Virus record (IMG/VR): IMGVR_UViG_3300034012_003212
Coordinates: 196,659-260,658 of that record
Direction: 5' to 3' (one strand)
DNA length: 64,000 nt
The notes under the pieces were generated by a model. The model worked only from the letters and a program-made list of their open reading frames with translations. It was not told where the DNA came from and ran no database searches. Of this stretch, positions 1 to 8,969 are shown piece after piece (the stretch's first letter is position 1; every line of letters begins with the position of its first letter). Both the position numbers and the translations under genes were made by a program.

Positions 1-250
1 TTCCAAATTCTTCTATGAGCCGGTTGATCTCCGGTAGTATCTCCTTTTTGTAGTAGCTGTAGGGTCTTGACCTGCGGTTCTGGAGGTTTTCCAAGAGCGT
101 CTCGCCTTCTGGCCATATGTATACAAAGCATTCTCCTGGGCGTGGATCGTGCGATGACCCCATTTGCCTGGATTCATTGATAGAAATCTCGATGCTCACG
201 TCGCGTCCGCTTCTATCGACCATCTTGCTGCTGATGCTCTCGAACTTCAT
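1..250 (-). CDS. Hypothetical phage protein, 3'-truncated by window edge (MKFESISSKMVDRSGRDVSIEIS...ENLQNRRSRPYSYYKKEILPE)
   Basis: Manual translation: ATG at 250, GGAGG SD-like motif just upstream, open to position 1; not in ORF track because no stop lies in the window. Confidence 0.7.
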   Translation of the reverse strand, partial: MKFESISSKMVDRSGRDVSIEISINESRQMGSSHDPRPGECFVYIWPEGETLLENLQNRRSRPYSYYKKEILPEINRLIEEFG

Positions 251-440
251 AAATCCTCCGTAGATTGGTGTGTTACTTAATCTCAGTTCAAAAATAATAT
301 TTTTTGTGACGCTGAAAAAATAATTTTCGGTTAAACGTTGTTAATCCAAATGTCCCTTTTTTTAAAGACTGCACACCCCAACTTACTATAAATCTAAGAA
401 TGTTATGGTTAACGTGGAAATACTTTTGGGTTAAAAGAAA

Positions 441-737
441 TTAACCTCGAAGGATGGTGATGCGTCCCTTTGATGCGGTGATTGTGGCAGCTGATTCGTC
501 TATCGGCCCGACTGTGGATTCATGGAGCCTGATTGATCCATCGAGCTCCACTGTGTATGTTGCTATGATCTTCTGTTTCGCCGGAGGATTCTGGGTCATC
601 ACGAGTTCATCGAACCCGTTCTTCCCGTATGTGACATAGACCGTGTCACGGGGGAAAATTCCACAAGCGCGCAGGACTATAGACCAGATGCGAACCCTCC
701 TCCTGCTACATTTTGATATGCCAGTCGTGTTTACCAT
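441..737 (-). CDS. Small hypothetical protein, possibly tandem AbrB/MraZ-like swapped-hairpin DNA-binding fold
   Basis: 98 aa; start overlaps stop of last left-arm LRR gene; two segments (RRRVRIWSIVLRACGIFPRDTVYVT; YTVELDGSIRL) loosely resemble AbrB motifs. Confidence 0.45.
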   Translation of the reverse strand: MVNTTGISKCSRRRVRIWSIVLRACGIFPRDTVYVTYGKNGFDELVMTQNPPAKQKIIATYTVELDGSIRLHESTVGPIDESAATITASKGRITILRG

Positions 738-1126
738 TCAGTGTACTTCAACTTGTGCTTCAGGTGCTTAGGAATCACACCGGGCACATGCACACGGCCA
801 TAGAACCCTGTGTCCGAATCATAAGAGATCTCTTCTCCCGTATGAAGGTCATCAGGCAGCTTCTTGATCCCTGAGCATCTACTAAGATGCACACCTCCTC
901 TAACTATGAGTCCATCAGGCAGCTTCGTGAGGCCCTTGCAATCCCATAGACTCAAATACCCATTCACCTTGAGTCCATCAGGCAGCTTCGTGATCCCTGT
1001 GCAATAATAGAGACGCAGATCGCCATTCACCTTGACAACCTCAAGTGTTCCAAATGAATCCAAAGCCTCCTGGGAACACCTTCGAAGTTCCACCCTCGTT
1101 TCTTCTTCTACATTTATTTCTATCAT
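731..1126 (-). CDS. Short Cys-LRR protein (left arm L9)
   Basis: 131 aa; CSQEALDSFG N-cap, LPDGLKVNGxLxLxxC repeats, TGF..PGVIP C-cap. Confidence 0.93.
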   Translation of the reverse strand: MIEINVEEETRVELRRCSQEALDSFGTLEVVKVNGDLRLYYCTGITKLPDGLKVNGYLSLWDCKGLTKLPDGLIVRGGVHLSRCSGIKKLPDDLHTGEEISYDSDTGFYGRVHVPGVIPKHLKHKLKYTEW

Positions 1127-1151
1127 ATTCAGTTTCTATTTTGGAATCCCT

Positions 1152-1667
1152 TTACACCATCCTCAACTTGTGCTTCAGCCTCTCGGGGATCACACCGGGC
1201 TCGTCCTCATGGCCAGAGAACCCTGTCTCTGAATTATAATATATTCTTCCTTCCACCTGAAGATCTTCAGGCAGCTTCGTGATCCCTGAGCAACCATAGA
1301 GACTCATCCCGCCATTCACCTTGAGATCAACAGGCAGCTCCGTGAGTCCTGTGCAATAATCGAGATTCAATTCCCTATTCACCATGAGGCCATCAGGCAG
1401 CTTCGTGATCCCTGTGCAATAATTGAGAAACAAATACATATTCACCATCAGGCCCTCAGGCAGACTCGCGAGTCCTGTGCAATTTCTGAGACTCAAATAC
1501 CCATTCACCTTGAGATCATCAGGAAGCTTCTTGAGTCCTGCACAATAATAGAGACTCAGATCCCCATTCACCTTAAGGGCCCTGAGGGACCCAAATGAAT
1601 CTAAAGCTTCCTGGGAACACTTCCTGAGGTGTACCCTCGTTTCTAGTTTTACTTCTATTTCTATCAT
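1152..1667 (-). CDS. Short Cys-LRR protein (L8)
   Basis: 171 aa, family architecture. Confidence 0.93.
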   Translation of the reverse strand: MIEIEVKLETRVHLRKCSQEALDSFGSLRALKVNGDLSLYYCAGLKKLPDDLKVNGYLSLRNCTGLASLPEGLMVNMYLFLNYCTGITKLPDGLMVNRELNLDYCTGLTELPVDLKVNGGMSLYGCSGITKLPEDLQVEGRIYYNSETGFSGHEDEPGVIPERLKHKLRMV

Positions 1668-1687
1668 ATTCAGTTTTTATTTTGGAA

Positions 1688-2143
1688 TCAATCCCATTTC
1701 TTCAATTTGTGCTTCAGGCCCTCAGGGATCACTCCAGGTTCATCCTCGTGGCCAGAGAACCCTGTGTCCGAATCATACAAGATGTTTTCTTCCACATGAA
1801 TGCCCTCAGGCAGCTTCGTGATCCCTGTGCAACCATAAAGAATCATACCCCCTTGCACATGGAGTCCATCGGGCAGCTTCGTGATCCCTGTGCAACCATA
1901 GAGATCCAGATGGATTCTAACCTTAAGATCTTTGGGCAGCTTCGTGAGCCCCACGCACCAACGTAGATTCAATTGCCCATTCACCTTGAGTCCATCGGGC
2001 AGCCTTGTGAGCCCTGAACAATTCCTAAAAATCAAATACCGATCCACCTTGACGGCCTCAAGGGACCCAAATGAATCCAAAGCCTCTTGGGAACAATACT
2101 CAAGGTCCACCTTCGTTTCTAGTTTTACTTCTATTTCTATCAT
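1688..2143 (-). CDS. Short Cys-LRR protein (L7); close paralog of 8494..8949
   Basis: 151 aa, family architecture. Confidence 0.93.
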   Translation of the reverse strand: MIEIEVKLETKVDLEYCSQEALDSFGSLEAVKVDRYLIFRNCSGLTRLPDGLKVNGQLNLRWCVGLTKLPKDLKVRIHLDLYGCTGITKLPDGLHVQGGMILYGCTGITKLPEGIHVEENILYDSDTGFSGHEDEPGVIPEGLKHKLKKWD

Positions 2144-2168
2144 ATTCAGTTTCTATTTTGGAATCCCT

Positions 2169-2564
2169 TTACACCATCCTCAATTTGTGCTTCAGCCTCT
2201 CGGGGATCACACCAGGTTCATCCTCGTGGCCGTAGAACCCTGTTTCTGAACCATAAAAGATCTTTTCTCCCATATGAAGGTCATCAGGCAGCTTCGTGAG
2301 TCCTGTACAGCCATTAAGATGCAGATACCCTCCCACAATGAGACCATTAGGAAGTCTTGCGATCCCTGTGCAGTCAATAAGATTCAAATACCCATCCACC
2401 CTGAGACCCTCAGGAAGCCTCGTGAGTCCTGTGCACATAAAGAGATCCAAATCCCCATTCACCCTGACGGACTCAAGGGACCCAAATGAATCCAAAGCCT
2501 CCTGGGAACAATACTCAAGGCGCACCCTCGTTTCTACTTGTATCTTTATCTTCTTCTTTCTCAT
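2169..2564 (-). CDS. Short Cys-LRR protein (L6), MRKKK N-terminal variant
   Basis: 131 aa, family architecture. Confidence 0.93.
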   Translation of the reverse strand: MRKKKIKIQVETRVRLEYCSQEALDSFGSLESVRVNGDLDLFMCTGLTRLPEGLRVDGYLNLIDCTGIARLPNGLIVGGYLHLNGCTGLTKLPDDLHMGEKIFYGSETGFYGHEDEPGVIPERLKHKLRMV

Positions 2565-2590
2565 GTCTTGTTTCTATTTTGGAATCACAA

Positions 2591-2992
2591 CTACCACATC
2601 TTCAACTTGTCCCGTAGGTGGTCAGGGATCACACCAGGCTCATCCTTATGTTTAAAGAACCCTGTGTGTGAGTTATACCATATCTTTGCACCTACAGTGA
2701 GACCCTCAGGCAGCTTCTTGATCCCTTTGCAATATGAGAGATTCAGAATTTCTCCTACTATGAGATCTCTAGGAATCTCTGTCGTTGTATCACGTAGAAT
2801 CAGACCCTCTTTCACCCTGAGATCTCTAGGAAGCTCTTTGAGCCCTACACAACCAGCGAGATTCAGGTACCCATTCACCCTGAGACCCTCTATCCTTCTT
2901 AAGGAGTTCAAGGCCTGCCTAGAACACTCCATTAGAGACACAATAGTAAGCTCAGGTACTTGTATTTTTCCATTTATTTCTGTCATGCTCAT
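2591..2992 (-). CDS. Short Cys-LRR protein (L5), more diverged
   Basis: 133 aa, family architecture with diverged N-cap. Confidence 0.9.
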   Translation of the reverse strand: MSMTEINGKIQVPELTIVSLMECSRQALNSLRRIEGLRVNGYLNLAGCVGLKELPRDLRVKEGLILRDTTTEIPRDLIVGEILNLSYCKGIKKLPEGLTVGAKIWYNSHTGFFKHKDEPGVIPDHLRDKLKMW

Positions 2993-3013
2993 GTTTTATT
3001 TATTTTTTATTTA

Positions 3014-3586
3014 TTAATGCCATCTCTTCAACCTTTCCTTCAGATGGTTAGGGATCACTCCCCGCTTGTCCTTACTTTTAGAGAACCCTGTGACTGAGTT
3101 ATACCAGATCTTTCCTACCACCTGGAGATCTTCAGGCAGCTTAGTGATCCCTTCACAACCGCGTAGATCCAGATCCTTTCTAACTATGAGGTCATCAGGA
3201 AGCTCCGTGAGCCCTGTGCAATTGCATAGATCCAGATCCTTTCTAACTATGAGGTCATTAGGAAGCTCCGTGAGCCCTTCACAATTACTGAGTGTTAGGC
3301 TCCCTCCTACAACAAGACCCTCAGGCAACTCTGTGAGCCCTGTGCAATCTTCTAGATCCAGTCTCTCTCCTACAACAAGACCCTCAGGCAGCTCTGTGAG
3401 CCCTGCACAGTCTTGGAAAAACAGACTCCCACTCACCTTTAGATCATCAGGCAGCCCTGTGCAGCTGACGAGACCTATATTCCCTTTCACCCTTAGAGTT
3501 CCGATCTTCCTTAAGGAGTCAATAGCCTCACGAGAACAACTTCCGGCATTCACTTTCGTGTAATCTTCTACATTTATTGTTACCAT
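3014..3586 (-). CDS. Short Cys-LRR protein (L4)
   Basis: 190 aa, with internal near-duplicate LIVRKDLDL modules. Confidence 0.92.
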   Translation of the reverse strand: MVTINVEDYTKVNAGSCSREAIDSLRKIGTLRVKGNIGLVSCTGLPDDLKVSGSLFFQDCAGLTELPEGLVVGERLDLEDCTGLTELPEGLVVGGSLTLSNCEGLTELPNDLIVRKDLDLCNCTGLTELPDDLIVRKDLDLRGCEGITKLPEDLQVVGKIWYNSVTGFSKSKDKRGVIPNHLKERLKRWH

Positions 3587-3611
3587 ATTCAGTTTCTATT
3601 TTGGAATCCCT

Positions 3612-4001
3612 TTAATATTTCCTCAACTTGCACTTCAGGTGCTTAGGAATCACACCGGGCACATGCACACGGATATAGAACCCTGTGTCTGAATTATAAT
3701 ATATAACTCCTATCAGATGAAGATCTTTAGGCAGCTTCGTGATCCCTGTGCAATTTCTGAGGTTCAGAAGCCCTCCCACGGTGAGGCCATCAGGCAGCTT
3801 CTTGAGTCCTGCACAATAATAGAGACTCAGGTTCCCTCCCACAGTAAGGCCATCAGGCAGCTTCGTGAGGCCTGTGCAACCCACCAAATACAAACCCCCA
3901 TTCACCTTAGGGGACTCAAGGGACCCAAATGAATCCAAAGCCTCTTTGGAACACTCTCTAAGGACCACTAACGTTTCTTTTCTTACCTTTATTTCTATCA
4001 T
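3612..4001 (-). CDS. Short Cys-LRR protein (L3)
   Basis: 129 aa, family architecture. Confidence 0.93.
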   Translation of the reverse strand: MIEIKVRKETLVVLRECSKEALDSFGSLESPKVNGGLYLVGCTGLTKLPDGLTVGGNLSLYYCAGLKKLPDGLTVGGLLNLRNCTGITKLPKDLHLIGVIYYNSDTGFYIRVHVPGVIPKHLKCKLRKY

Positions 4002-4023
4002 ATTCAGTTTCTATTTTGGAATC

Positions 4024-4476
4024 TTATTTATATTTCTTCAACTTGTGTTTCAGTCTGTCAGGGATCACACCGGGCACATGCTCATGGCCATAGAACCCTG
4101 TCAATCCATTATAGTAAATTGTTTCACCCACATGAAGGTCATCAGGCAGCTTAGTGATCCCTGAGCAACCATAGAGAAACAAATACCCCACCATGAGGTC
4201 ATCAGGCAGCTCCGTGAGCCCTGTGCAGCCTACTAGATTCAAATACCCATTCACCATGAGATACACGGGCAATTTTTTGAGCCCCTTGCGGCCACTAATA
4301 TCCAAATCCCCATTCACCCTGAGGCCCCCAGACAGCTTCGTGAGCCCCTTGCAATCATAGAGACTCAAATGCCCATTCACCTTGAGGGCGTCAATCCTTC
4401 CTAAGGAGTCAATAGCCTCCTGAGAACAGCCCCTAAGGTTCACTGTTGTTTCTTCTTCTACATTTATTTCTATCAT
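4024..4476 (-). CDS. Short Cys-LRR protein (L2)
   Basis: Start set at the ATG following the conserved leader; family architecture. Confidence 0.93.
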   Translation of the reverse strand: MIEINVEEETTVNLRGCSQEAIDSLGRIDALKVNGHLSLYDCKGLTKLSGGLRVNGDLDISGRKGLKKLPVYLMVNGYLNLVGCTGLTELPDDLMVGYLFLYGCSGITKLPDDLHVGETIYYNGLTGFYGHEHVPGVIPDRLKHKLKKYK

Positions 4477-4501
4477 ATTCACTTTATATTTTGGAATCCC
4501 T

Positions 4502-5086
4502 TTACACCATCCTCAACTTGTGCTTCAGCCTCTCGGGGATCACACCAGGTTCATGCTCATGGTCATAGAACCCCGTGTATGAATTATACCAGATGACTCC
4601 ATCTACATTAAGATCATCAGGCAGCTTAGTGATCCCCTTGCAATCATAGAGATCCAAATCCCCATTCACCTTGAGTCCATCAGGCAGCTTAGTGATCCCC
4701 TTGCAATCATAGAGACTCAAATACCCATTCACCTTGAGACCGTCAGGCAGCCCTGTGAGCCTTATGCAATGATTGAGAGCCAAATCCCCATTCACCATAA
4801 GATCATCAGGCAGCTTCGTGATCCCTGTGCAACCATAGAGATCCAGATGCCTTCCAACCTTAAGATCTTTGGGCAGCTTCGTGAGCCCTGTGCAACCACG
4901 AAGACTCAAATACCCAGCCACCATGAGATCATCAGGCAGCTTCTTTATCCCTGTGTGTTTCCATAGACCCAGATCCCCATTCACCTTGACAACCTCAAGG
5001 GACCCAAATGAATCCAAAGCCTCTTGGGAACACCTTCCAAGGTTCACTATTGTTTTTTCTTGTATCTTTATCTTCTTCTTTCTCAT
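4502..5086 (-). CDS. Short Cys-LRR protein (L1), MRKKK variant, 6 internal LRRs
   Basis: 194 aa, family architecture. Confidence 0.93.
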   Translation of the reverse strand: MRKKKIKIQEKTIVNLGRCSQEALDSFGSLEVVKVNGDLGLWKHTGIKKLPDDLMVAGYLSLRGCTGLTKLPKDLKVGRHLDLYGCTGITKLPDDLMVNGDLALNHCIRLTGLPDGLKVNGYLSLYDCKGITKLPDGLKVNGDLDLYDCKGITKLPDDLNVDGVIWYNSYTGFYDHEHEPGVIPERLKHKLRMV

Positions 5087-5122
5087 GTCTAGTTTCTATT
5101 TTGGAATCCAACGAACCCTAAT

Positions 5123-5287
5123 CTACACAAAATACCAGTGTGATCGTGCAGCTTCTTCGTATTCTTCTTCGTCCTCTTCATCCTCGTCTTCGTAGTCCTC
5201 TTCGTACTCATCAGAATCATCAGGAGGAAAGAACCACGGGGCGGTGGGCCTTACGAACACTGCGAACTTTGTCTCGGGGTCTTTCAT
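5123..5287 (-). CDS. 54-aa highly acidic peptide (MKDPETKFAVFVRPTAPWFFPPDDSDEYEEDYEDEDEEDEEEYEEAARSHWYFV), first gene of left operon
   Basis: ATG at 5287 directly downstream of GATATATA; stop is followed by a copy of the LRR leader repeat; 3' part of the 5123..5437 track ORF. Confidence 0.65.
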   Translation of the reverse strand: MKDPETKFAVFVRPTAPWFFPPDDSDEYEEDYEDEDEEDEEEYEEAARSHWYFV

Positions 5288-5292
5288 GGTTT

Positions 5293-5300
5293 TATATATC
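5293..5300 (-). promoter_or_regulatory. GATATATA putative late-promoter motif heading the left arm
   Basis: Same octamer precedes portal, 43193..45688 and gp15-like genes; analogy to T4 late promoter TATAAATA. Confidence 0.55.
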
Positions 5301-5540
5301 ACGCGGGGCGTGGTGTTACATTGTGCTACAGGGAGGCTGGGGTGGAAGAGAGGGCCCCAGGGGGAACGCGCGCCAGGATTGACCAGGTGACTCGAAAGGG
5401 AAAATGGGTGGGGTAACATGGGTATGATGAGTTTCATTAGACCTGGGTGGAACAGTAGTGTCAGAAAATGAACAGGGGTAAAGGGTCGGGGGTTTTTTAA
5501 AAAAACATTTATATTGTATCAACCTCATCCGCTTTCCGCT

Positions 5541-5701
5541 CTCCTGGGCAAAAAGTGCCCTGGTTGTGCCCATTCACATATCACCCTCATGGGCAAAACG
5601 TTCCGTGGCTGCGCCTTTTTGTATACCGTACCCTCCTGGGCAAAAAGTTCTATGGCCCGGGCGAGTCCACTTACTGTGCCCTCCTGGGCCCTCAGTCCTG
5701 G
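5541..5701. repeat. Four iteron-like direct repeats, core CTC(C/A)TGGGC(AAAA)
   Basis: Copies start at 5541, 5586, 5633, 5681 (spacing 45/47/48 bp). Confidence 0.7.
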
Positions 5702-6012
5702 TCCTTGGTCCTTGGTCCTGATTGTCTTGAGGGCCTGTGCGAGTGTGTCCTGACAGAACAGAGGGGTGGAACTGATTCATCTACTCTGTTCTCAGGTTTC
5801 CTTGTCTTTTTTCTTCTTTCTCTCTGTGGGTGTGGGTGGATCTTCTGGATCCTGTGCCCCCTTTTGATCTTCTCTCTCTCTCTTTCTTTCCTTTCTTCCA
5901 GGCTGGGTTGGGTGTGAGTGTGAGTGTGAGAGGAGGGTCATTCCTTTTTCTGGTCCTTCTGGTTGTTGGTCGGTGGGCACACAGAGAGAGTGGGGGGTTC
6001 TGGCATCTTGGA

Positions 6013-6045
6013 GGGTTTTTTTTTGGAGGGGGAGGGGGAGGGGGG
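6013..6045 (+). other. G-quadruplex-capable motif G3-T9-GGA-G5-A-G5-A-G6
   Basis: Read directly from sequence; three long G-tracts joined by 1-nt loops plus a fourth tract. Confidence 0.6.
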
Positions 6046-6219
6046 TGTGAGTAAAAATGTTATTTTTGTTATTTTTGTTAGTTGGAGTCTTCTTCCCGGG
6101 TCTGATCATCAGAGGGAAGATGTTGGGCCGTTGTGGTTATGAAGAGAAGCTGATCCGTCATCGGGCACAGGGGCGATGATTTTAATGGCAGAAGGTTCCA
6201 TCAGGGGTGGTTTATTTTT

Positions 6220-6227
6220 GATATATA
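6220..6227 (+). promoter_or_regulatory. GATATATA putative late-promoter motif heading the right arm
   Basis: Exact octamer 57 bp upstream of first right-arm LRR ATG, facing outward from the spacer. Confidence 0.55.
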
Positions 6228-6283
6228 CAGCCCACCGTGGATTATGAATAGACGGCGCGCGCTAGGTGAAATAAAAACTGAAT

Positions 6284-6802
6284 ATGATAGAAATAAATGT
6301 AAGAAAAGAAACGTTAGTGTACCTTAGAGAGTGTTCCAAAGAGGCTTTGGATTCATTTGGGTCCCTTGAGGCCCTTAAGGTGAATGGGCATTTGGATCTC
6401 TATTATTGCACTGGGCTCAAGAAGCTGCCTGATGGCCTAATGGTGAATGGGGATCTGAATCTCTATGGCTGCACAGGACTCACGAAGCTGCCTGATGATC
6501 TTAAGGTTGGAAAGCATCTGATTCTATGGAGTTGCCCGGGGCTCACAGAGCTGCCTGATGATCTCAAGGTGAATGGGAGTCTGAATATATGGAATTGCAC
6601 GGGCCTCACGAAGCTGCCTGAAGGGCTCAAGGTTGAAGGGACTCTGGATCTATGGTATTGCACAGGGATCACGAAGCTGCCTGAAGATCTTCAGGTGGAA
6701 GGATTCATATATTATAATGAAGGCACAGGGTTCTATGGACATATGGATGAGCCTGGCGTTATCCCTAACCACCTGAAGAACAAGTTGAAGAAACGTAAAT
6801 AA
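6284..6802 (+). CDS. Short Cys-LRR protein (R1)
   Basis: 172 aa, family architecture. Confidence 0.93.
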   Translation: MIEINVRKETLVYLRECSKEALDSFGSLEALKVNGHLDLYYCTGLKKLPDGLMVNGDLNLYGCTGLTKLPDDLKVGKHLILWSCPGLTELPDDLKVNGSLNIWNCTGLTKLPEGLKVEGTLDLWYCTGITKLPEDLQVEGFIYYNEGTGFYGHMDEPGVIPNHLKNKLKKRK

Positions 6803-6824
6803 GACTTTAAAATAGAAAGTGAAT

Positions 6825-7220
6825 ATGATGGAAATAGAGGTAGATGTAGAAACGAGTGTGGTCCTCCGAAGGTGTTCCCAAGAGGCTTTGGATTCATTTG
6901 GGTCTCTTGAGGCCGTCAAGGTTAATGGGGATTTGGGTCTGCACCGTTGCACAGGGCTCACGGAGCTGCCTGATGATCTCAAGGTGGATGGGTATTTGAG
7001 TCTATATGGTTGCCCGGGGATCAAGAAGCTTCCTGGGGGCCTCAGTGTGAATGGGGACCTGGATCTAGGTCATTGTCCAGGGATCAAGGATCTTCCTGAA
7101 GATCTTCAGGTGGAAGGAAGCATATATTATAATTCAAAGACAGGGTTCTCTGGCCATGAGGACGAGCCTGGCGTGATCCCTGATCATCTGAAGAACAAAT
7201 TGGAAAAATATGGTAGATGA
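6825..7220 (+). CDS. Short Cys-LRR protein (R2)
   Basis: Start at leader-aligned ATG; shares 120-bp identical patch with R25. Confidence 0.93.
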   Translation: MMEIEVDVETSVVLRRCSQEALDSFGSLEAVKVNGDLGLHRCTGLTELPDDLKVDGYLSLYGCPGIKKLPGGLSVNGDLDLGHCPGIKDLPEDLQVEGSIYYNSKTGFSGHEDEPGVIPDHLKNKLEKYGR

Positions 7221-7242
7221 GATTCCAAAATAGAAACTGAAC

Positions 7243-7632
7243 ATGACAGAAATAAAGGTAAAAGAAAAAACACTAGTGAAACTTAGTTGGTGTTCTCAGG
7301 AGGCTTTGGATTCATTTGGGTCCCTTGAGGCCCTTAAGGTGAATGGGGGGCTGAGTCTCTATTATTGTGTAGGCATCAAGAAGCTGCCTGATGATCTCAA
7401 GGTGAATGGATATTTGAATCTCACCAATTGCGCAGGGCTCACAGAGCTGCCTGATGGACTCCATGTGAAAGTTAGTGTGATTCTTTATGGTTGCTTAGGG
7501 ATCACGAAGCTGCCTGATGACCTTCATGTGGGAGAAGAGATCTGGTATAATTCATACACGGGGTTCTACGGCCGTGTGCATGTGCCCGGTGTGATCCCTA
7601 AGCACCTGAAGCGCAAGTTGAAGAAATTTTAA
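7243..7632 (+). CDS. Short Cys-LRR protein (R3)
   Basis: 129 aa, family architecture. Confidence 0.93.
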   Translation: MTEIKVKEKTLVKLSWCSQEALDSFGSLEALKVNGGLSLYYCVGIKKLPDDLKVNGYLNLTNCAGLTELPDGLHVKVSVILYGCLGITKLPDDLHVGEEIWYNSYTGFYGRVHVPGVIPKHLKRKLKKF

Positions 7633-7656
7633 GAGATTCCAAAATAGAAACTGAAT

Positions 7657-8076
7657 ATGAGAAAGAAGAAGATAAAGATACAAGAGAAAACAATAGTGCA
7701 CCTCTGGAATTGTTCCCAAGAGGCTTTGGATTCATTTGGGTCCCTTGAGGCCGTCAAGGTGAATGGCGATCTGCGTCTCAATTATTGCACAGGGATCACG
7801 AAGCTGCCTGATGGACTCAAGGTGAATGGGTATTTGAGTCTTATTGGCTGCACAGGACTCACGAAGTTGCCTGATGGCCTCAAGGTGGATGGGAATTTGA
7901 ATCTCTTTATGTGTACAGGACTCGCGAAGCTGCCTGAAGATCTTCAGGTGGAAGGAGTCATATATTATGATTCAGACACGGGGTTCTCTGGCCATGAGCA
8001 TGAACCTGGTGTGATCCCTACAAGGCTGAAGCACAAGTTGAAGAAATGGGAGATGAGATTCCAAAATAGAAACTGA
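7657..8076 (+). CDS. Short Cys-LRR protein (R4), MRKKK variant, stop-loss read-through tail EMRFQNRN
   Basis: 139 aa; tail is translated leader repeat. Confidence 0.93.
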   Translation: MRKKKIKIQEKTIVHLWNCSQEALDSFGSLEAVKVNGDLRLNYCTGITKLPDGLKVNGYLSLIGCTGLTKLPDGLKVDGNLNLFMCTGLAKLPEDLQVEGVIYYDSDTGFSGHEHEPGVIPTRLKHKLKKWEMRFQNRN

Positions 8077-8078
8077 AT

Positions 8079-8468
8079 ATGATAGAAATAGAGGTAAAAG
8101 AAAAAACGACAGTGAACCTTCAATGGTGTTCCCAAGAGGCTTTGGATTCATTTGGGTCCCTTGAGGCCGTCAAGGTGAATGGGGATCTGGGTCTATGGGA
8201 TTGCAGGGGCCTCACTAAGCTGCCTGATGGACTCAAGGTGAATGGGTATTTGAATCTTATTGACTGCACAGGGATCGCAAGACTTCCTAATGGTCTCATT
8301 GTGGGAGGGTATCTGCAACTTTATGGTTGCACAGGGATCACGAAGCTTCCTGATGACCTTCATGTGGAAGAAAAGATCTTGTATGATTCGGACACAGGGT
8401 TCTCTGGCCATGAGGACGAGCCCGGTGTGATTCCTAAGCACCTGAAGCGCAAGTTGAGGAAATATTAA
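8079..8468 (+). CDS. Short Cys-LRR protein (R5)
   Basis: 129 aa; shares 76-bp patch with L6. Confidence 0.93.
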   Translation: MIEIEVKEKTTVNLQWCSQEALDSFGSLEAVKVNGDLGLWDCRGLTKLPDGLKVNGYLNLIDCTGIARLPNGLIVGGYLQLYGCTGITKLPDDLHVEEKILYDSDTGFSGHEDEPGVIPKHLKRKLRKY

Positions 8469-8493
8469 AGGGATTCCAAAATAGAAACTGAAT

Positions 8494-8949
8494 ATGATAG
8501 AAATAGAAGTAAAACTAGAAACGAAGGTGGACCTTAGTGAGTGTTCCCAAGAGGCTTTGGATTCATTTGGGTCCCTTGAGGCCGTCAAGGTGGATCGGTA
8601 TTTGATTTTTAGGAATTGTCCAGGGCTCACGAAGCTGCCTGATGGACTCAAGGTGAATGGGCAATTGAATCTACGTTGGTGCACAGGGCTCACGAAGCTG
8701 CCCAAAGATCTTAAGGTTGGAAGCCATCTGGATCTCTATGGCTGCACAGGACTCACGAAGCTGCCCGATGGACTCCATGTGCAAGGGGGTGTGATTCTTT
8801 ATGGTTGCTTAGGGATCACGAAGCTGCCTGATGACCTTCATGTGGGAGAAGAGATCTATTATGATTCGGACACAGGGTTCTATGGCCGTGTGCATGTGCC
8901 CGGTGTGATCCCTGAGAGGCTGAAGCACAAATTGAAGAAATGGGATTGA
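8494..8949 (+). CDS. Short Cys-LRR protein (R6)
   Basis: 151 aa; close paralog of L7. Confidence 0.93.
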   Translation: MIEIEVKLETKVDLSECSQEALDSFGSLEAVKVDRYLIFRNCPGLTKLPDGLKVNGQLNLRWCTGLTKLPKDLKVGSHLDLYGCTGLTKLPDGLHVQGGVILYGCLGITKLPDDLHVGEEIYYDSDTGFYGRVHVPGVIPERLKHKLKKWD

Positions 8950-8969
8950 TTCCAAAATAGAAACTGAAT

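Larger units (their letters stand above)
731..5086 (-). repeat. Left arm: tandem array of 9 paralogous LRR genes transcribed leftward
   Basis: Nine consecutive ORFs with the same N-cap/21-aa LRR/C-cap architecture, separated by copies of the 24-nt leader. Confidence 0.97.

Noticed and set aside
5316-6109. Track ORFs in the central spacer (5316..5573-, 5555..5917+, 5792..6109-, 5830..6054+)
   Set aside because: Low-complexity translations of homopolymer and purine/pyrimidine tracts with no RBS; only the acidic 5123..5287 ORF has supporting context
6244-6327. 27-aa upstream ORF (MNRRRALGEIKTEY...) overlapping the R1 start out of frame
   Set aside because: Too short and unsupported; may be chance, although it lies downstream of the promoter motif
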